From an uncultured Gemmataceae bacterium (GTDB lineage Bacteria; Planctomycetota; Planctomycetia; Gemmatales; Gemmataceae): a stretch of DNA of 64,000 nt. Shown here in pieces: positions 59,434 through 64,000 of this stretch. The stretch lies in NCBI GenBank assembly GCA_963750165.1, contig CAVVPN010000004.1, positions 576,001 to 640,000 of the forward strand. Direction: 5' to 3'. The notes beneath the pieces were generated by a model. It was not told where the DNA came from and did no database searches. It was given only the letters and a program-made list of their open reading frames with translations. Numbering within the stretch: the stretch's first letter is position 1; each line of letters begins with the position of its first letter. The translations under genes and the position numbers were made by a program.

Positions 59434-60297
59434 ATGAGTCAACAGCGTTCTTTGACATGGCTGATCACCGGGTGCTCGACCGGCTTCGGCCGCGAAGTGG
59501 CCCGGGCGGTGGTGGCCCGCGGCTACCGCGCGGTGGTGACGGCCCGCAATCCGACCCAGGTCGAAGACCTCGTTGTCGGGCACGAGGACCGGACGCTGGC
59601 CCTGCCGCTGGACGTGACGAACCCGGCGCAGGTCGCCGAGACGGTGCGGCGCGCCGAGGAGCACTTCGGCGGCATCGACGTGCTGGTGAACAACGCCGGC
59701 ATCGGGTACTTCGCGGCGGTCGAGGAGGGGGATGAGGCGGAGGTCCGCCGGATGTTCGAGATCAACTTCTTCGGCCTGGAACGGATGACCCGCGCCGTCC
59801 TGCCGGGGATGCGGCAGCGCCGGAGCGGACACATCATCAACATCGCCTCCATCTGTGGTTTGGCGGCGATTCCGAGCCTCGGCCACTATTCCGCGACCAA
59901 GTTCGCGGTCGAGGGCCTGTCCGAGGTGTTGGCGCTGGAGGTGGAACCGCTCGGGATTCGAGTGACGCTCGTCGAACCGAGCGCGTTCCGCACGAACTGG
60001 GCCGGCCGAGCGGCCAACGAAACCCGTGTTGAGATCGCCGACTACGCCGCGACGGCCGGCGCGACCCAGCGGAACCTGAGCGATTCCAGCGGGAAGCAGC
60101 CGGGCGACCCCGTCCGCGCCGCGAACGCGATCATCCGGGCAGTCGAAGCGCCGACGCCGCCGCTCCACCTGCTCCTCGGCAAGGACGCGCTGCGGATGGC
60201 GCGTGCGCAGGTCGAAGCCCTGCGCGGGGACTTCGACGCCTGGGAAAAAGTCACGGTCGGGGCCGACTTCCCAGCCAGTGAGCCGGTCAAGGTGTGA
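59434..60297 (+). CDS. Short-chain dehydrogenase/reductase
   Basis: TGCSTGFG, NNAG, YSATK, VEP..FRT. Confidence 0.95.
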   Translation: MSQQRSLTWLITGCSTGFGREVARAVVARGYRAVVTARNPTQVEDLVVGHEDRTLALPLDVTNPAQVAETVRRAEEHFGGIDVLVNNAGIGYFAAVEEGDEAEVRRMFEINFFGLERMTRAVLPGMRQRRSGHIINIASICGLAAIPSLGHYSATKFAVEGLSEVLALEVEPLGIRVTLVEPSAFRTNWAGRAANETRVEIADYAATAGATQRNLSDSSGKQPGDPVRAANAIIRAVEAPTPPLHLLLGKDALRMARAQVEALRGDFDAWEKVTVGADFPASEPVKV

Positions 60298-60537
60298 GGC
60301 AGACATCGACTCCGGCAATTCGATGCGGACGGCCTCAAGGCGCTGGCCGCAAAGTTTGCCCCGAAACAGCGCTCGTCTTCACCTGATCAAGTCCTGCGCC
60401 CCACGACGGCTTGCCACGACAACGAAGTCGCGCGAAACCCCGCTTGCCCGAAGCGGGCGGCGGAGACGCTGCACCCCAATCAAGATTCCAAAGGTCTTTC
60501 CAACTGTGTTCCCTACTAACCTGATAGGAGAAATCCC

Positions 60538-61728
60538 ATGGCAAAGGTTCTGTGTGTGCTCTACCCCGACCCGGTGAACGGCTACCCGACGACGTACGCT
60601 CGGGACGGACTCCCCAAACTGGACCGCTACCCCGACGGCCAGACCCTGCCGTCGCCGCGGGCGATCGACTTCACCCCGGGGGCATTGCTCGGCTCGACGA
60701 CGGGCGAACTCGGCCTGCGAAAGTTCCTGGAAGCCGGCGGCCACGAGTTCGTCGTGACGGCGGACAAGGACGGGCCGGGGTCCGTGTTCGAGCGGGAGTT
60801 GCCGACCGCCGAGGTCGTCATCTCGCAGCCGTTCTGGCCGGCGTACCTGACGGCCGAGCGCATCGCCAGGGCCCGCCGGCTCAAGCTCGCGCTCGCGGCG
60901 GGGATCGGGTCGGATCACGTCGATCTCGAGGCCGCGAGCCAGCGTGGCATCACGGTCGCCGAGGTGACCTACTGCAACAGCATCAGCGTGGCCGAGCACG
61001 CGGTGATGCAGATCCTCGCCCTGGTGCGGAACTACATCCCGTCTTACGGGTGGGTCGTCCGGGGGGGCTGGAACATCGCCGACTGCGTCGAGCGGGCCTA
61101 CGACCTGGAGGGGATGAGTGTCGGCGTCGTCGCCGCGGGGCGCATCGGGCTCGCGGTCCTGCAGCGGCTCAAGCCGTTCGGCGTCAAGCTGCATTACACG
61201 CAGCGGCACCGGCTGTCCGCCGCCGTCGAGCAGGAGTTGGGACTGACCTTCCACGCCGATGCGGGGGCGCTCGCGAGCGTCTGCGACGTCGTCTCGCTGC
61301 ACTGCCCGCTCCACCCCGGCTCGCGGCACATGATTAACGAGACGGTGCTGAAACGGATGAAACGCGGGTCGTACATCGTCAACACCGCCCGCGCCGAACT
61401 ATGCGACCGGGACGCGATTGTCCGGGCGCTGGAGAGCGGGCAACTCGCCGGGTACGCAGGCGACGTCTGGTTCCCGCAGCCGCCGCCGAAGGACCACCCC
61501 TGGCGGACGATGCCCCACCACGCCATGACGCCGCACGTCTCGGGGACGACGCTCTCGGCCCAGGCCCGTTACGCCGCCGGCACGCGCGAGATCCTCGAGT
61601 GCTGGTTCGCCGATCGGCCGATCCGCGACGAGTACCTGATCGTCGAGGGTGGGAAACTGGCCGGCACCGGGGCCCGCTCGTACACGGTCGCCGCGGTGGC
61701 GCGGGAGCCGGTCGGGCTCCGGAAGTGA
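60538..61728 (+). CDS. fdh: NAD(P)-dependent formate dehydrogenase
   Basis: MAKVLCVLYPDP, ISQPFWPAY, GIGSDH, YCNSISVAEH, AAGRIG, GDVWFPQP, PHVSG. Confidence 0.96.
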   Translation: MAKVLCVLYPDPVNGYPTTYARDGLPKLDRYPDGQTLPSPRAIDFTPGALLGSTTGELGLRKFLEAGGHEFVVTADKDGPGSVFERELPTAEVVISQPFWPAYLTAERIARARRLKLALAAGIGSDHVDLEAASQRGITVAEVTYCNSISVAEHAVMQILALVRNYIPSYGWVVRGGWNIADCVERAYDLEGMSVGVVAAGRIGLAVLQRLKPFGVKLHYTQRHRLSAAVEQELGLTFHADAGALASVCDVVSLHCPLHPGSRHMINETVLKRMKRGSYIVNTARAELCDRDAIVRALESGQLAGYAGDVWFPQPPPKDHPWRTMPHHAMTPHVSGTTLSAQARYAAGTREILECWFADRPIRDEYLIVEGGKLAGTGARSYTVAAVAREPVGLRK

Positions 61729-61884
61729 TGCCGGAGCGGGTTGGTTCTAACCTCAGGCAGCCACGGCCCAGTGGAACTCGACGGCCCGCCAACAACCGGC
61801 GGCTGGCGGTCAACCACTGGGCCGGTGCCTGAACTGCGGACGTCCGCCTGCTGCTTCCCGACTCCCGGACGACCAAGGAAACAT

Positions 61885-61941
61885 ATCTCGACGTGTGAAA
61901 AAGTTGGCTCCCTTGGCTCCCTTGGCCCCCTTGCTCTGTCA
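61885..61941. repeat. 57-bp dispersed repeat, copy 2
   Basis: Matches 9885-9941 with 4 mismatches, same orientation. Confidence 0.85.
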
Positions 61942-61982
61942 GACGCGGACACCGCATGACGCACGGTGCCAGTGCGTCCCAC

Positions 61983-64000
61983 CTAACCGGCGGGCAATAC
62001 TCGCACCTCCGCCGCCGTCAGCCGCGGCGTCGCCGCGTCCGCCGCGTCCGCGTCCCAGACGCGCTCCCAGTCGTGCCACGGTATCGGCACGTACGCCAGC
62101 AGCAACCGCTCCGGTTGCAGCAGTGGCAGGCCCGCGGCCACGCGGCCGTCCGCGTCCCACGCTCGCAGCGTTCCCTCTTCGCTCAGGTCGTACACCCCCT
62201 CCGGCCCGCCGTCGCGCGGCCGTACCGTCAGCCGGTGGCCGGCCAGGTGGTACGTCCACTTTTCCGGCGGCAGAAACACGGCCAGCTGTTCGCGCGTCAG
62301 ATCGACCGCCGCCAGCCGATACAACCCCGCCAGCGCATCCTCCCAGGCCTGCCGCTGCTCCGCCGTCAGCTGTCCCAGCCAGCCGGTCTGCACGACACCG
62401 GCGATCAGCCAGCCGCCCTCCTCGTCGAAGGCGACCGCCAGCGGTGGCCCCGAAAAATCCTGGCCGCCGAACTCCAGACGGATGCGCTGCGTGCCCGCCA
62501 CCACGGCCGTCAGCGACACTACCCGGCCGCCCCAGCGCCGGCTCTGCAACAGCAGGTTCAGGAACTCGCGGTCGATGAAGTGCCGCACTTCCTCCTCGAC
62601 GTGGTGCAGCGCCTCCTCGCGTTGGTAGACGTTGACGGTCTGGCTGTGCCGGGCCGCCCGCCGCAGTTTGCGGAACAGCTTCGGCAGCGTGCCGGAGTGG
62701 AAGCCTGGCCGCAGCAACCGCGGCACCGTCTCGCCGTGGCCGCCGACCAGCACCGGCCGCAGCGTCGCCGGCCGGTTGGCGCGGAACAGCCGCCAGTTCG
62801 CCCGCAGCTCCCAGGCGATGAAGCCGAAAATGCCCGGCACGAAGAACAGCGTCACGCCGGCGAACGCGCCGGAAATGTACTCCCCCAGCAGCGGCCGCAG
62901 CGGCGCCTGCAGCGTGAGGAACACCGTGGGGATGACGGGCAGCATCAGCTTGTGGCCCACCGTCACCACGGGAAAGTGCTTGATCGGGTTGACCGTCGGC
63001 TCGACCAGCAGGTTCGTGTAGATGCGCACCACGTAGGTGACCACGAACCAGAAGACGCCGAGCACCGCCTTGACCGCCAGCGACAGTTTGCTCTCGCCGG
63101 TGCGGAACAGCAGCCACTCGTCCACGGTGTAGATGACGCGTTCCACCGCGTCGAGGAACCAGGACGACAGCCACATGATGAACGCGAGCACGCCCGGCAC
63201 CAGGTCATGGCTCAGCAAACGCCAGCCGCGGGCCGTGCTGTCGGCCAGCGTCTCCTCCACGTCGCGGGCCAGGCGCGTCTGCGCCAGGACGGCCGCGGCC
63301 GCGAACACGCCGGCACCCAGCCCGAGCAGCAACTCCCCGCCGCCGCCCAGCATCGCCGCCGCCAGCACCGCTGCCGCCGCCGCCAGCAGCGGCCGCAGAG
63401 CGAGGCGGCAGAACAGCACCACCGGTGCGCTGTTCACGACCGCCCGCAGCACCGGCCACTGCAGCAGCCGGGCGGGGAAGTCGATCAGCACCAGGCGCAG
63501 ACCGCGCCCTAGCCGTCGCAGCCCACGGCCGACCGCGGCGCGGAACGCCGTCACGTGCAGCACCAGCAGCAGGAACACGCCCAGGCCGAGCGTCGCCGCG
63601 GTGAACGGCTCAACGCCGTACACGTCCCAGGGCATCGGGTGATGCCTGTGCTGCTCGCCCGGCTCGGGGTGCTCTGTCTCCATCATCCCGGCCAGCTGGA
63701 GCAACTTCGGCACCTCTTCGCCCAGGAAAAACAGGCCGGCCAGGATGACGAAGGCGCCGACGAAGGGCAGCAGCAAATACAGCGTCACGAAGCGGCCGAC
63801 CGGCGTGCCGAAGAAGCCGAAACTCAACCGTTGCAGCAGCCGCAGGTAGATTTCGCCGGGCTGGTACACGCCGTCCAGCGTCACCGCCAAACGTCGGTCG
63901 AGCAGCAACAACTGGTCGCCGTACGGGTACGTCTCATCGACCTTGAGCTGGTTAGCGGACAGGGCGTCGCGCAGCTGGCTCAGGTTGAAGCGACCGCGCC
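61983..64000 (-). CDS. Large hypothetical multi-pass membrane protein, 5' end outside the window
   Basis: Frame open to the window edge; several TM helices; EPTVNPIKHFPVVTVGHK, PGFHSGTLPKL. Confidence 0.75.
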   Translation of the reverse strand, partial: RGRFNLSQLRDALSANQLKVDETYPYGDQLLLLDRRLAVTLDGVYQPGEIYLRLLQRLSFGFFGTPVGRFVTLYLLLPFVGAFVILAGLFFLGEEVPKLLQLAGMMETEHPEPGEQHRHHPMPWDVYGVEPFTAATLGLGVFLLLVLHVTAFRAAVGRGLRRLGRGLRLVLIDFPARLLQWPVLRAVVNSAPVVLFCRLALRPLLAAAAAVLAAAMLGGGGELLLGLGAGVFAAAAVLAQTRLARDVEETLADSTARGWRLLSHDLVPGVLAFIMWLSSWFLDAVERVIYTVDEWLLFRTGESKLSLAVKAVLGVFWFVVTYVVRIYTNLLVEPTVNPIKHFPVVTVGHKLMLPVIPTVFLTLQAPLRPLLGEYISGAFAGVTLFFVPGIFGFIAWELRANWRLFRANRPATLRPVLVGGHGETVPRLLRPGFHSGTLPKLFRKLRRAARHSQTVNVYQREEALHHVEEEVRHFIDREFLNLLLQSRRWGGRVVSLTAVVAGTQRIRLEFGGQDFSGPPLAVAFDEEGGWLIAGVVQTGWLGQLTAEQRQAWEDALAGLYRLAAVDLTREQLAVFLPPEKWTYHLAGHRLTVRPRDGGPEGVYDLSEEGTLRAWDADGRVAAGLPLLQPERLLLAYVPIPWHDWERVWDADAADAATPRLTAAEVRVLPAG

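Noticed and set aside
12534..61728. Glyoxylate/C1 pathway cluster (three D-2-hydroxyacid dehydrogenase-family genes plus the aminotransferase)
   Set aside because: Genes are scattered over ~49 kb in different transcription units
55300..61900. Kinase/ECF/SDR/fdh block as a genomic island
   Set aside because: Plausible, but no integrase, att pair or clear composition shift could be shown by eye
9885..61941. The two 57-bp repeats are exactly 52,000 bp apart and might bound one large element
   Set aside because: The interval holds many housekeeping genes and no mobility genes; the round number is treated as coincidence
31805..63512. Long antisense or overlapping ORFs (e.g. 31805-33478, 41622-43346, 58588-60318 extension, 61956-63512)
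   Set aside because: Expected shadow ORFs of high-GC coding DNA with no recognisable motifs

Overview
GC-rich bacterial chromosomal DNA, very probably from a planctomycete (Gemmataceae-like). Supporting genes: DUF1549/DUF1553, two DUF1501, DUF4058, two ECF sigma/Ser-Thr kinase pairs, 24-aa LRR and HEAT-repeat proteins. About 50 CDSs mix housekeeping genes (asnS, hemB, rsmE, recQ, pdxA, mqnD, ygfZ-like, RpoD-family sigma, NAD-dependent formate dehydrogenase) with many tandem paralogue sets. No rRNA, tRNA, CRISPR array, transposase or integrase was recognised. Highlights: (1) four tandem near-identical secreted DUF2330-like genes whose largest differences are the signal peptide and one ~30-aa hypervariable loop, with mosaic (gene-conversion-like) ancestry; (2) an AT-richer HEPN-like + BolA/MNT-like two-gene cassette bracketed by a perfect 29-bp direct repeat of the DUF4058 3' end; (3) many palindromic repeats, including a three-level nested REP-in-MITE-in-palindrome and an element whose core is flipped between two copies. 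Seven single-base frameshifts, one in hemB, most likely reflect long-read consensus errors. All family assignments come from motif recognition by eye, not database searches.
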